DNA of 32,213 bases. Source: Atractiella rhizophila. Lineage: Eukaryota. Below, piece by piece: positions 11,111 to 24,525 of this stretch. The DNA lies in the NCBI GenBank assembly GCA_021432655.1, contig MU271623.1, positions 6,144 through 38,356 of the forward strand, written 5' to 3'. The stretch's first letter is position 1; the number at the start of each line of letters is the position of its first letter. The position numbers and the translations under genes were made by a program. Under the pieces are notes generated by a model that was given only the letters and a program-made list of their open reading frames with translations, made no database searches and was not told the origin of the DNA.

Positions 11111-11990
11111 ATGTCGAAGTCACAAGTTCCCACTTTCATACGGTCATCAGAGGCCGACCAATCGAAGCAGCAACCCGACCTCGAGATCAACCCACCCACA
11201 ATTGACGAACTTAATCCCCAGATCGAAATCACCAAACTCATTTACGCTCCATCCACGCCGACAACAGCGAGATTAGAACAGTTGAAGGGCAAACATAAAA
11301 TTACCACGGTCCCCGAGGAGGTCCCAAGGAGGAAACTCAAGGTGAGATCAAGACTGAGGTGGCGAATGAGAAGGTTCGTAAACCTCTGCGTAGCTTTTCG
11401 TCAGTCGGCCTGCCACGGCTTAAATTCCATCATTGTTGCCTTCAAAACCTGCGAATGGTACAAGATTACAGAAGAGATAGGAGGAAAACGCATCGGATTT
11501 AAAGATTACTATTGAGACGGTGTTGAAGAAATTGGAAGAAGAGAAAGGGAAGATGCCGTTGGAAACGGTGAATCCGATTGCAACTCACCCAAGGCCGGAG
11601 GTAGATGTCTTGTAAGCATGAGGTATTCAGTGCTATCACTCCTATGGCACTGATTGAAGGGACAACAGGATCCACGTGACTCAAGACACGGTTGGCGTCT
11701 GCGCCAACATACTCGAAAGGTATATTCAGTATATCAGGGAGGATCCGACAAGCACCATGACTGAGACTCCGCTCACCTTGGAGTGCCTCGCGGGGGCTCG
11801 CAAGGCCGTGCCAACAAGCTCAAGAAGCAACGTTCCAGTCAAAGGGATCTTCAAAGGTCAGTGTAACGAAGACAGAAGTCGTTTCGAAGCAGGGATCTAC
11901 GAACGACGTGGACGAAAACGCGGAGGCAGACAAGAAATCATCTGGTATGACCGTTACCTTGCTGTCATATTGGCATCTAATGTGGTTTAA
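11111..11990 (+). pseudogene. Companion A: unknown gene divergent from K3, apparently frame-disrupted
   Basis: ORF 11111-11515 and downstream segments match companion B: TIDELNPQIEITKLIYA, VAFKTCEWYKITEEIG, LETVNPIATH, DTVGVCANILERY, TLECLAGARKAVP. The matching blocks lie in different frames. The 3' limit is uncertain. Confidence 0.6.
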
Positions 11991-13529
11991 TAGTCCGCGT
12001 CGACCTTGTTGGGATTTTCCCAATGGACTTGAAAGAGGAAATGGATATGGAGCGGAACATGGACGGGGCTGGTAGCACGGACAAAGAGTCCATCCATGGC
12101 CTTTTGGTAGAGGGAAAGGTAATTAAGTTTTAGCAACTCTGATGGGAGATGAATTTGATAAAGGAAGTTAGGAGCCTTCACCCTCGCGAACCTGACAGTT
12201 TTCAAAAGGGATTCGACTCCGCCATACAGCCCAAACTTCTTCCTCGGGCCGCAGCCTATAGGTCTCCGAATTAAGGAGACAGCGACAGCCTGCCGCCACA
12301 TGGGAGGATATGGTGCGTAAAGACAATCCGTTGCACTTCATTCTGCCCCAGGTTCTTCGTTATGTTGAGACTTACGGTACCAATTATTGTATCCTAACCG
12401 ATTCCAAAACCACGCTAGGATTCCACGTTTGAAGTATGAGGATCGGTGGATGGTGGAATGGAGTCACACCCCCTGTGCAAAGACGAGATTGGCGGTGGCG
12501 GTAACATTTCTAGCTTGGTTGGGGCTCAAAGCTGTTGGGCTGAATGACAGGGACGCTTGATTACGACACAAACAACGAAAAGGCGACGAAGAAATTTGAG
12601 AAGAGAGGGTTGGTGTACGGAATCAAGGCAATGTAGATAGGACAGAGTCAAGATTCATGTATAGAGATTCTAGTGTTTAAGATGGAAATAACGTGTTATA
12701 GTGTTGTAGTATAGCGGGGCCCTTGTGGTGGAACATTGTGTGAACGAAGAGAAAGGATGTGAGAGCCTCATCCTTCACGTAGCAACAAGCTAAGTGACTA
12801 ATTAACGCCATCATGCTTTCACCACGCTTACAGTAGCGTCGTTTCTTTTCGTTGCGCTTCAGGATAGCATTTGTACCGTGAATCCCAACCCAGGTCAATG
12901 CAAAAAGCTGACACTGTATCAACACGAACCTCCAGTAGATTGTAAGTCGCAGAAGACCCAAGCAAAATCGGGCCTGCAGCGCTGCAGATTATGCAGATTT
13001 GCCTCCGTAATAGCATTCATATCGACGTGATTTGCTTACGTGCTAAGGCTACAGTATCTCGGAGCGTGAACAACAGGCACTCAGTGGAAGTAGTGTCGCC
13101 CAAGCAGGATCCGTAGAAGAGAAACACATGTTCATAAACATCAGAGGAACACCACGTCAAGCAAATAAAAATTGGCGGCACTTTGGAAAGAGAATAACTT
13201 CCTCAGACCCGGGCTAACTACGCAGCAACTCACCTGTAGACAATAAGAGGCGTGAAATCCTCAACACCCCTGCAAGATAAGCCAACTGAGAAAGTTACTA
13301 AAGGTGAAGATAACGATTGCACATCATAGTCGTAAGTCAATCGTAAATCTTGCTACTGGGGACTCTTCTTCCGACCGCCTCAAGAAGTAAGTGGTGCTTC
13401 TCCTGTCCCTGTCCATTCTGCGATTTCTTTGCAGTTGCTGGATCGTCGTCAGCAGCTCAGCTCGCCTAGGTTATATACGGGGCACCAGGGGCATATCAGG
13501 GCGTAGGGAGCCAGACTGAGAGAGACCAA

Positions 13530-16500
13530 ATGGACCCATCACCAGCTTGGAGGTTAGTCTTCATCCATTCCTACCTGACTTCGCACGATGCCCAACAACA
13601 TCTCGGGGAAACAGGCAATTTGAACTCTTCAATCCCTCAGCGCCACTTTCCACCTTTTCTCTTCCACCTCCGCACCAGATCCTAGCTTCAACTGTCAATT
13701 CTTCTCACTCAATCCTTTACCTCTCGCTTTCCGATGCCACCATAAGGTACATGCTTATTCTACACTTTTATTACGAAGCAATATTGACTGCGTGTCACCT
13801 TTTTTAGAGCTTACGATGCACACGGGGAACGCAAATCCCTCGCTCTCGAAGGTCCCTGCTCCCTCCTCGCCATTTCCTCCGATCGCTATTTATATTGCAT
13901 CCTTGTTTGTTCCTCTTCCCCTTGTTTCTTCACATGTTGTTTAAAGGATTATGGAGCAGGAAGGTTCGCCGTCAGTGCTCAAAATTTACGACCTCTCTCG
14001 ATCCACCCCACCACTCCTAAACACAATCAAACTCCGTCCCTCTCCTGCGACCGCACTCGCTATCTCTCCATCTTCTCCCTCATCGAGCACTGTCCACGTA
14101 GCCACGGGTCATACGGATGGAGCTGTTCTCGTGCTCCGTAACATGCACTCACATCTATCCTCGAATTCCAACCCCAGAGTACGGCAGGTGCATTCCGACA
14201 GCTCCCCAATCACTGGACTCGCCTTTTCACTCTCCTCCCATCCACTAGCACAACAAACCAACGGGAAGGCAGCAGCCACAGGTGACGGAGTGCCACACCT
14301 CTACATCTCCACACCGACGCATACTCACTCCCTCCCCGTGTCGTCAAAAGGTACTCTTCCTCCATCTACGCTCGCCGACCCTCAAGGCTCAAACGTGGGC
14401 TGTCTCGTCTCCTCCCTCTCATCCTCACCCATCCCCTCTTCCTCTTCCTCTGAGCAGTCCCCAGATGCGACGACGACAAATACAGTGGAGTGGAAGACCA
14501 TCCTTGCCCGGCCGGAAGCGGTGTATGTGTATGGCAGCGAAGGTCGGGAAGGTTGTTATGCTCTCGAGGGCGATAAAACAATGGTAGTCCCGTTCTCAAA
14601 CTACGTCGTGCTAGTCTCCCCTCCCGTGCTTCCGACCGCGAGCGATATCAGTCGGACCATTCGTGGGGCTGAAAGAGGGAAGGAAGTGGGAAAGCTCACC
14701 ATTGTGGACCTGGGAAACCGGTTTGTTGGGTACAACACCACCTTCGAGAGCGGCGTTCGCGAGGTCTGGTCACTCTTCGGCGCCGTGTATGTTTATACCA
14801 ACGCAGGAGAATGTGTGAAGTTAGAGGAGAGGAAGGTAGAAGAGGTCCTCGAGGCTTTCTGCGAACGCAACTTGTACACGCTCGCTCTTGGATATGTCGA
14901 TAGCCGCGGGTTGGGTGGAGCAGGTTTGGGGGAGTGGAGGGTCGAGATTTGTAGGAGGTATGCGGATCATCTTTACACTAAAGGAGATTGGGAGGGCAGT
15001 ATGGGTTGGTATATCAAGACTGTGGGCGGGTTGCAGCCTAGTTATGTCATACGCAAGGTGGGCTGTATTTCTTCTTTCACTTTCCTGTTAAAGATCTCTC
15101 TCTCTTTCCCATCGTCCCCTTCTCGTGGCATGGCAAGTGGCGGCTAACACAGCGCTACAGTTTCTAGACGGCCAACGAATCAAGCTCCTCATCTCTTACC
15201 TCCAGGTCCTCCATTCACGCGGTCTCGCCACTTCGGACCACACCACCCTCCTCCTAAACTGTTACACGAAATCAAAGGACCTCTCCTCCCTCGATTCCTT
15301 TCTCTCTTCTACTCTCCCCTCTTCTTCCTCCACAACTTCAAAGGATAAAGAAGACCTCCCCTTTGACCTCCACACCGCAATACGCGTCTGCCGACAGGCA
15401 GGTTTGTCCGACCATGCTCTGTTGTTGGCGAGCAGATGGGGGGAAAAGGAGGATAGGATGAGCATATTGGTGGAGGATAGGACGGATTGGGAAGAGGCGA
15501 TAAAATTTTTGAGGGAGTTGGTGGGCGATGAAGAAACGGAGAGAGACGAGGTGGAGGGTTTCCTTCTTCGATATGGGAGAAAACTTTTGAAGGAAAGGGA
15601 GAGAGCGTTCACTGGACTCGTGAGGGACTTCTGTCTGGGACTCGCTCCGGCAGATGAAGAGGAGGAGGAAGACGGAGAGGAGAAGGAGGATAAATCGGTA
15701 GTAGAGAAGAAGGGTTATTTTTCCTATTTCGCCACGATCGCATCAAGCGGGCACACCCGTTCTCACAAAGAAAAGGAGAAAGAGAAAGAAAATGGAACCG
15801 ATGCTCCGTCGCTCCCCTCCCCTCCGAGGAAACGGACGATGAAGGAAGAGGAAGCCCTGCCCGACGTTCGAATCTTCTTCTCTCTATATATCGACCATCC
15901 TCTCTCGCTCATCTCCCTCCTCGAATCAGTCCTCTCTCACCTCTCGACGACGACTATCGACTTAACAGCGGCACAGACCCAAACGGTTTGGAACACGCTG
16001 CTTGAGCTTTATGTCCGCATGGGAGGGGAGTGGGGATCAAAAGCTTTAGAATTGCTGAAAGACGAGAGGGCAGGTTATGAACCTAATCAGGCACTCTTGG
16101 TCTGCACTATGTGCGGTTATGAAGAAGGACTTGTAGTCTTGTATGAAAAGATGGCGATGTTCGTGGAGGTCCTTCGACTCCATATTGCTCTGGGAGGAGA
16201 GGAGGGCGAGAGGCTGGTAGTAAGCACATTGAGGAGGTACCTGAGGGAGAAGGGGATGAGGAAGGAGGACCTAGTGGAGTGCATGAGAGTCGGATTGAGA
16301 TGGTTGACCGAGGAGGAGGGGAGGCTGAGCAGACAAAGAGACCAGGTCCTCGAGTTTCTCCAGGTCGTCGAGGAGAGGAAACTCCTCAAACCAATCGAAG
16401 TGCTCGAGTGTGTTCAGGGAAATGTAAGCGTGGGAGTGGTGAGGGGATTCTTGAAAGGGTGGCTAGAGGAAGAACGGAAAGAGACAGAATCGGTGAGTCT

Positions 16501-16998
16501 TATTTCCGCATTACCTGACATAGAGCTATGATACTCATACTCTCCAGGACCGCGGGCTCATTTCATCCTATCGATCGGAGACGGCAAAGAAGGAGGAAGA
16601 GATAGCAGCACTCAAGAATCCTACTCAACCATCCATCTTCCAAGTCACCCGTTGTTCAGCATGTGGTGGAACACTTGAGCCTCCGATTGTCCACTACATG
16701 TGTAAACACAGTTATCACGATCGGTTCGTCCTTTCCCATTTCCCGATACAGAGCTATCATCAACGAAATGGGCTGTAGCTGCATTCCCGTGTCTTCTCCT
16801 GCCTGTCCTGCGTGTTCCAGGAGGCATGACATGATCAGAGAGATAAAGAACAACAACATGGCATTAGCCGATCAACATGGACTGTTTGAAGAAGAAGTTA
16901 AGGAGGCGGCTGAGGAAGGTGAAGGGTGGAATGTTGTTGTGGAACGGTTTGGCAAGGGCTTGTTCCTTGGGAATTTGGGAGGCGAAATTGCTGCATGA
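13530..16998 (+). CDS. VPS11: Vacuolar protein sorting-associated protein 11 (HOPS/CORVET core subunit, C-terminal RING-H2)
   Basis: Spliced N-terminus MDPSPAWRQFELF (exon 13530-13552, intron 13553-13614); LKIYDL; YADHLYTKGDWEGSMGWYIKTVGGLQPSYVIRK|FLDGQRI; HTTLLLNCYTK; C-terminal FQVTRCSACGGTLEPPIVHYMCKHSYHDR|CI...CPAC. About 6 exons. Confidence 0.95.
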
Positions 16999-17617
16999 TA
17001 ACCTGCCAGTGGAAGCAACTCCTATGCTGCGTTTTAGATAATTGACGCCGTCGTAATCACTCTGCAGTCGGTATTCCGAATAGCATTCTTTGATTTGACA
17101 AACTGGATTAGAGGCATGGATGGTTTGAGGTGAAAAGAGCTCTTACCCTGTATTACAGTAAGCTCTAGGGAACAGTGAACATTTGTGAGCTGCTCCAATT
17201 CGACGGGGGCTCCGACGCTTCCCCCTTTTCTGGTTCGTCGCTGGCAGTCCACAAGCAATCTGTCCTTTGCTTTGGTTTTGTACTTCTCAGCGACGTTTCT
17301 TGATGCGAGATCATGCTAGCTGATGCGCTGATGAAGGACTTCCGCCAAAACAGAAGAACCGCGTCACGTACGAGCGTCGCGAGCACGAACAAGAGCTGAA
17401 GATCATATGTGTTGCGACACATGCTCTTCCCCTCTTGACAGTCAGTTGATCCCCTGCGCAGGAGGCTAGAATGCTGAATTTGTTTTCCAAGAGATATCGA
17501 GACTCGTTTGCTAATGAGGTTGTTCAGATCCGGCGACGACCTCAAACCCCCGCTTCTGCATAAGATGTGTTACTTTGAACATGTCCAAAGTGCCTTTCCT
17601 GTCCCCTTCAGCCGAAG

Positions 17618-20600
17618 ATGAAAGGCTCGCTCGCAGTTCGAGTCGTATTTTTAGCCCTCTCGTTCCAAAATGTCGCCTTGTCGCAAGTCCAGAACCTCAC
17701 TGGACCAGGATGGAACACTGTCCCTCCTCCTCTCGCTAACGGCGGAAGTCATTGGGCGGCCGCTTTCACGCGCGCGAAGAAGATTGTGGACCAGATGACG
17801 ATTGAGGAGAAAGTGAGAATCGTTACCGGTCAAGATGGTGCGTTGACCCATAGAACTCTGCATTGTGGTTACCCAACATTTTAGGCCTTTGCGGTGGGAA
17901 TGTTGGAAATGTGTCTCGGGTCGGATTTCCTGGATTATGCTTGTGCGTCCTTTCTTTCATTCTGTACGACGCTCACAATCGGCAGAGCGGATGGACCGGC
18001 GGGTCCTCGACCTGCAAAAGGTGCGGTTTGTCCCAGGCTCTTCCTAGACGAAGCCGTTAAAAGATGAAGAGAAGGTGTAACTCAACTACCCGCTGGAGTC
18101 ACGACCGCCGCAACTTGGAATCAGGATCTTATCTACCAGCGCGCTGTGGTCATTGGCCAAGAGTTTGCAGACCTGGGAGTAAACGTGGCACTCGGACCTG
18201 TTACTGGTGCGTTATTCGTTATATTTTCATATACTTTGATTATTCCTACTAGCATAATTTCTACTAAACCTTACTGATTGGTATGGCTCAGGAGGGCCTT
18301 TGGGAAGAGCGCCACGGGCAGGAAGGAACTGGGAGGGGTGGTCGACTGATCCTTATGCTTCCGGTGTTGCTTCTTACCTTAGCGTAAAAGGAATGAAGGA
18401 ACATGGAGTAATTATAACCGCGAAGCACTACATTGGTGTGTCTCCTACGCAGAGAGCAGGACTCACAATGCTGATATGTCACAACCGTGAAACAGCTTAC
18501 GAACAAGAGACCTTCAGGCGATACTATGCTGCGAACCCTGCAAGTTTCAACTCGAGTCAGCTCAGCATTTCTGCCAATCTAGATGACAGAACAATGCATG
18601 AGGTATATCTTTGGAGCTTTGCGGAAGCGGTGAGAGCAGGGGCAGACTGTGAGCATTCTCCCTTTTCGCGCCCTCCACAACTCAGTCCAGTGCAGACGTG
18701 ATGTGCAGGTGCGTTCTAACTGTTGCGCGAGAAGGCAAAATCTGAGTCGCTCATCCGCAGTTATAACATGAGTGCGTCTTAATTCTGAACTTGTGACCGG
18801 AGAAAACTGATAATTGTGCAGTCAATCAAACCCGATCCTGTGCGAACTCCATGACCATCAACGGCCTCCTCAAAACAGAACTTAACTTTCAAGGCAAGTT
18901 TCCGTCTTTACTTAGTTTCGAGACTTGATTACTCCGTTCCAGGAGCGGTCATGAGTGATTGGGGAGGCGTGTATGAAGATACCAATGGGGCCTTCGAGAT
19001 GGGAGGAACAGATTTAATGTACGTCGCGCCCAATTTTCTTCCCTTGTTCTGACGAGCTTTGCAGCATGCCGGGCAATGGATGTACGGAATACTTCCTCTT
19101 GAAAGTGCCCACTAAGAGGCGTGGCAGTCTTTGGTATATTGGGAACGTTTTGGAACGACACCCTTGTAGAGCAGGTAATGACCCTATTGCCCACGTTGCA
19201 CTGGAGGCGCTAATGCCCTGTTCACCAGGTCAAGAATGGGACAGTACCAGAATCGAGACTCACAGATATGGTGCTGCGAATAGTGACGCCTTTCTATGCC
19301 AGTGGTCAAGCAGATAAGAAACTTCCGTCTCCAGGTATGCTACTTCTAGTTACCATCTCGTTTCTTGATATTTGTGTACAGTTTACACCCAGGGTGTTTA
19401 CACGAATGTACAAAAACCTTCAAGTGTCACACTTGCGAAGACAATTGCGGAAGAGTCTCTGACTCTTCTCAAGAACGTTAATGGGGCCTTACCACTGAGA
19501 GCCCCTCAGACGCTTGCCATAATCGGGGAAGATTCTGGGCCTAATATCCTCGGAACATGCGTAAGCGATTCCTTATTCTTTAAAGATGTCGGTAGGAGAG
19601 AAGATGTCAGGGAGATACCGCTATGAGCTGTCCGATCAATAACAATAATGGAACTATCACCATGGGCGGAGGGTCAGGTGCGTGTGGTCTATTTGAGGAG
19701 TATACATTTAGACTGAACAGTAGCAACATAGGCTACGCATATCCAAAGAACTTGATCACTCCCCTTCAAGCTCTCCAAAGTCGAGCCGCTGAGTTGGGAA
19801 CCCTAGTGCAATTTGTTTTGAATGATACAGCATTCGACTCTATCTCTTCTGTGCGTACCGATTGAACTTTTTTCAGTAATTCTCAGTCTTTAAATAGGCA
19901 GCAGCCACATCAGAGGTTGCGATTGTGTTCCTCTCGGCATGGGCACAAGTGAGCTCTAAAATGATCGAGTGGCTATAGCTGATCGATCTGCAGGAATTTC
20001 AAGACCGGACTGACCTCGATGTACGAAACGCAATTGTTAATGCTACAGCTTCGGTCAATAATAATACCATTGTCGTGCTTCAGTTCGTCGTCTTCTTGCT
20101 GTCTCTCACGTGCGCTGAAGCATGATATTCAGTATTCCGGGTCCCGTCCTCAGTGCGTCCTCACAATGATTTCTACAGCACGTTCTAATGAAGGAAAAGT
20201 CGAGGAGTGGGTTGAACACCCAAATGTTACTGGTGAGTCCTCTGTCACTGTTCTGCGCTGATTCTGATGGTGTGTAACAGCAATTATCGCAGCTTACTAT
20301 CCCGGTGAACAAGCTGGACCATCTCTCACAAGTGTCCTCTATGGTGTGAGTGTAAATATTCTTCTAATCTGAAAGCTGACATAAACTACAGGACATCTCG
20401 CCAAGCGGCAAACTACCATTCACGTTGGGGAAGCGGAGCCAAGATTGGCCTGTGCGCTCTTTTCTTCCTCATGTTGCAGTATCCTCATTGCTAGGAAAGC
20501 CAAACAATCTGGTGACGGAAGAAAGCGACACACCACAAGCGAACTTTACAGGTTCGTGCCTCAAGGCTTAAACGCTCCTCCTAATCGCAAGACATCTGTA

Positions 20601-21191
20601 GAGGGTCTTAATTTTGACTACAAATGGTTCGATTCCCAAAATATCGAGCCACGATACGAATTCGGCTTTGGTCTTTCATATACGAGCTTCAAATACTCGA
20701 ACATCCAGATTTACAAGACTTTCAAGCGAGATACCACTACCATTGCTAGAACTGCAGAACCGTTCGATGGAACATCGTCGCTATATGACATAATTGCCGT
20801 AGTGCAAGCTTCCGTCAAAAATACAGGCAACATTGTGGCGTCTGAAGTTGCCTTCTTGTTTCTAGAGTTCGCGCCTGAAGAGGAGGAGCCTCCGCGTAAC
20901 CTCAGAGGTTTCACAAAACTGTCCAACATTTCTCCAGGTGCTTCGAAAACTGTGTGTCCTCTTCTTAGCCACTCGTCCTCTTGGTGACCCCGTCAAACAC
21001 AGGCTATCTTTGACTTGAGAAGGAAAGATGTCTCAGTGTGTGCGTATGTTTCAGCTTTAAATGTTCTTGATCTGATCATCTTACTAGGGGACGTGGTGTT
21101 ACAGCGTTGGAGGCTTCCAAAAGGAAAGGTAACTATGCATGTTGGTCAAAGCTCCAGGATCCTTCCACTGAATACGCAGACAACTTTTTAG
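17618..21191 (+). CDS. Secreted glycoside hydrolase family 3 beta-glucosidase (BGL1-like) with C-terminal FnIII-like domain
   Basis: Signal-peptide-like N-terminus; MTIEEKV; DGPAG; GRAPRAGRNWEG; TAKHYI; DDRTMHEVYLWSFAEAVRAG; VMCSYN; VMSDWG (nucleophile Asp); TLLKN; GGGSG; PSGKLPFT; PRYEFGFGLSYT; LRGFTKL. More than 20 short introns; stop TAG at 21189-21191. Confidence 0.95.
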
Positions 21192-22338
21192 CCTATTCTC
21201 AAATCGTGCAATGGAATCGCGTTCATCATCTTTCGCTCAGGTCGACGTGATTAACTTCACGTCTGCTTCCACTGGATCTAACCTGTATATGGCGAATATA
21301 TTAATCGATTGAGCTCATTCTGGCTCAATGGTACTATTACTGAGCAGCTAAGACCGAATTTGTTACGTGGTCAGGGTACCTTTCAAATCGTGTAGCAGTT
21401 TGCATGCATCCAATAAAATAAAGTTTCGAACGGTGCACGCACGTGCGAAATTCAGAACAATCGACATTCGTGTTGTCAGCGTCAGCACAGACATTTGCTG
21501 CTTGTTGCCAACAAGTATATTGCGGTTCTTCCACACAACTCTCTTCAGCGCCTCTCCGGTGGACCGAACGGAAGTTTGGAATAGCTAATGATCAGCTGGA
21601 GAGGGACCCAGGAATTGACTACTTCACTACAGCATAGTAATCTTCAGGTGAGTTGTCGCGTGGTTCAGTTGCATGTGATGGAGCTGTAAAGCAAGCGTCA
21701 CTGTTATTTCTTGTCTGGAACGGGTGGTCGTTCCCGCAAATTCTTTGCTGATTCGTAAAAACAATATTGCACATGCTGAACATGACTGAGGACCGCCATC
21801 TTATGGTTTCGCTTGTTTGAGGGCCGCCTAAAATTGGTAGATGGACTAACTCATTTCAATCTTGGATACAGAGTCATTATACCCCCTATTATCTTGCCAT
21901 GCTACGTTCATGCCGTTTATTTAACCAACTGTAGCCCTTTGTAAGTAACAGAGTTCAGATATCCCTTTGTATTAGTTCCTCGGGGTTCTTTGTTTTAAAT
22001 AGCCTTATTCTTTTGCTACCGAATGTGATGTCCATTACGACACTGTACTCCACGCACGAAAGTCTTCTGCATAAAGCTCTTAGTTCCGATTTCCACACTT
22101 TAATGAACCTCTTTGACTACTGTCCCAGACTGCCACCGGGACAGCCTTTGTAGCGAAATAAAGGGTGAAGAATGTATGTGTTCTTATCTTTGTTCTTCTT
22201 TGACCGAGCCTGACTCACCTGCTCCGTTGTCCAGAGGCTAATTTCACCACATAGCTTCTTATAACAGTCTATACAGCCCTTCTTCATTTCGCCCCATCCT
22301 GTGTCCTGTTTGAGCAACGCATCTGGCTGCAAGCAACG

Positions 22339-24451
22339 ATGCGGCTTCCCGCCTTTCTCACACCAACATTTGCTGTCTACTCCAATCCCACCGGAAGCCC
22401 ACCTCTCCTTCAGGATGTTTCTGGAAAACCTCACACTCTATCAAAGTCGCTGTTCACGAGCGCTCAATTTATACCTACTAGAGAGACAGACAAGTCGATT
22501 AAGGTTTCATATCGTGATCACCTACGAAAGGACCTTGAGCTGCTACCGTTGAATGTTGTTGTTCCATTTTGGCCGGAGATCTTGATTCAGGGGGATGTGC
22601 ATCCGTAAGACGACTACTCGTTGATCTGCTGTGCCACTGATGAGCTCAAGCAGAGAATCTCGTCTTTCAGCTTTCTTGTTTGATTTGACGACATTCTTGA
22701 AGTACATGTACCCTGCGAGAGCACCAGCTCCACTTTCCATCCACGTTACCCACAGAACTTGTTTTGCAGATGGAGTCCGGACGCAGGATGTGAATATATT
22801 GCGCTTGAAAATGATGGAGGAGGTGCTGGCGGCACTTGTCATCTTGGTTGGTATCGATTGAAGATTAAGGGTCGGTCCTAACTCAGACAATAGGAGAATC
22901 CGGGTACACTTCGTCAGCAAGACTGGAGAGGTCGCACATACTCGTTCATAGATTTTGATGATACGTCAGGAATAGCAGGGAACTACTTGGCCTTTCTCGA
23001 CTCACTAGACATTACTCAGCTCAACTTCGCGGCTTTCCTCGATTTCAAATCTACAGTCATAGTCAACATCTCTGAATCTTTCTCTTCCGTCTCTTTTGAG
23101 GAAGGTCCTTACCTTCCAGTGCTGACACTTCTAAGTGAGGTCTTTTCTGAGCGATGGGACTGCTCGAAATTTTCACATCAGACTGGGGAAGCATGTTTCC
23201 CCCGTGCTCTCGTGTCTGGCGCGGGAAGAGATCCCGATGAAGAGCACGACGTGGATCTCAGTGGAATACTGGTGGCTGCGGACCTAGACCTTTACGACGC
23301 TCAGAACGACGATGGTCCCATTCTTGATGCAATTGCAGATTGGCATAATGATCGCCTCGACAAGGCTCAACTGTGGCTCGATGAGCTCCAGTTACCAGGT
23401 CATGAGCTTCGAGTTATTTGCGTGATTTCGCCTTGCCTCCCAAGTGCAATGTCATGCATTCCAGCCCTGCTCATGACCGCGAAGGACCAGTTAGTCCAAT
23501 TTTTTCAGAATATCCTTTTCCAAGCTGCCTCTGCCGTTCGACCCTCAGTCCAGACTGTCTCTCTCTGCCCAGGAGATTCTATTTGTCTCGAAAGCTCTTT
23601 ACGGTCAGGACAGGAATTTTGGGGACAAGTTTTTGAGGTAAAGGTTCACGCCGTGGAAGCCCAAAAACTGGTTTTGAAGATTTACGACGAACGACTCTTC
23701 CCTCCTCCGGCGTGGGAGATGGATTACGAGGGTATTTTACGGATTAGGCGATGGCCGAATGCAGAAGACTCATGGCAGCGCGAAGAAAAAGCTTATCATG
23801 CTCTACGCTTTCTGCAAGGTTCTGGCGTTCCAAGGTCCTACGGCTTTTACCGGGTGAGTCCTTTTTCGTCGAAGCTGACTTTTTAATTATCTTCTACAAT
23901 CAGATTCAGCTTCCCGATGGCGAAATTGTGGCGGCTCACCTCATGGAATACGTAGAAGGTCCACACCTTGACGAAACATGGGCTACTGACTTTTCTGAAG
24001 CAGAACAGCAAGACTTTGTGGGTTCATGTTTATTTTGTGTTGATCATCATTTCATTAAGCCAAACAGTTCAACAAAGGCATGGCATTGATGGGAGCAATG
24101 TTTCTCCTCGGCGTGAACCATACTGATCTTGAAGATCGTCAAGATCAAATCATCTGTCCACCTTCCTCCCCAAACCGCGCTCCAGATGTCGTGCTCATCG
24201 ACTTTGGGATGAGCAATCTGGTTCAGATGGATGAAAGCTACCTTACATCTATCTTTGCATGGAATCTCGGCATCTCCAAAGATTCCATTCATATGAACCG
24301 GATGCTCAACCGACAGCTTGGTTGGACCTTACTCCATGATAAGGAAAAACACCCTGAGGTGCGTTTGTACTATACGTGGGAGATAATGCTGCGACAGCGC
24401 AAGTTCGGTATTCTGGAGGTGCACTGCGATGAAGAAAAGGGGTTGTCGTAA
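22339..24451 (+). CDS. K4: kinase-like family paralog, 638 aa, 5 exons
   Basis: Exons 22339-22604, 22654-22846, 22894-23853, 23904-24017, 24068-24451 splice in frame (1917 nt). Kinase motifs as in K2, with catalytic loop HTDLEDRQDQI and VLIDFG. Confidence 0.88.
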
Positions 24452-24525
24452 GTGGTAGTGATAGCTTGTTCTCCCTGCCACTTGTGTTGGATGCAATATG
24501 ACCAACAAAGACAGCTCCATTATAG

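Noticed and set aside
11987..13350. Minus-strand ORFs (11987-12301, 12677-12961, 12828-13016) as a gene
   Set aside because: No consistent exon model or recognisable motif. Part of the region may be the decayed 3' end of companion A on the other strand.
13547..13625. Apparent frameshift at the VPS11 start (ATG 13588 out of frame with RQFELF)
   Set aside because: Resolved by the upstream ATG at 13530 and intron 13553-13614, which give MDPSPAWRQFELF.
14282..16860. Overlapping and antisense ORFs within VPS11 (and within the Ser-rich gene at 30139-31816)
   Set aside because: Shadow ORFs from biased, low-complexity codon usage of real CDSs.
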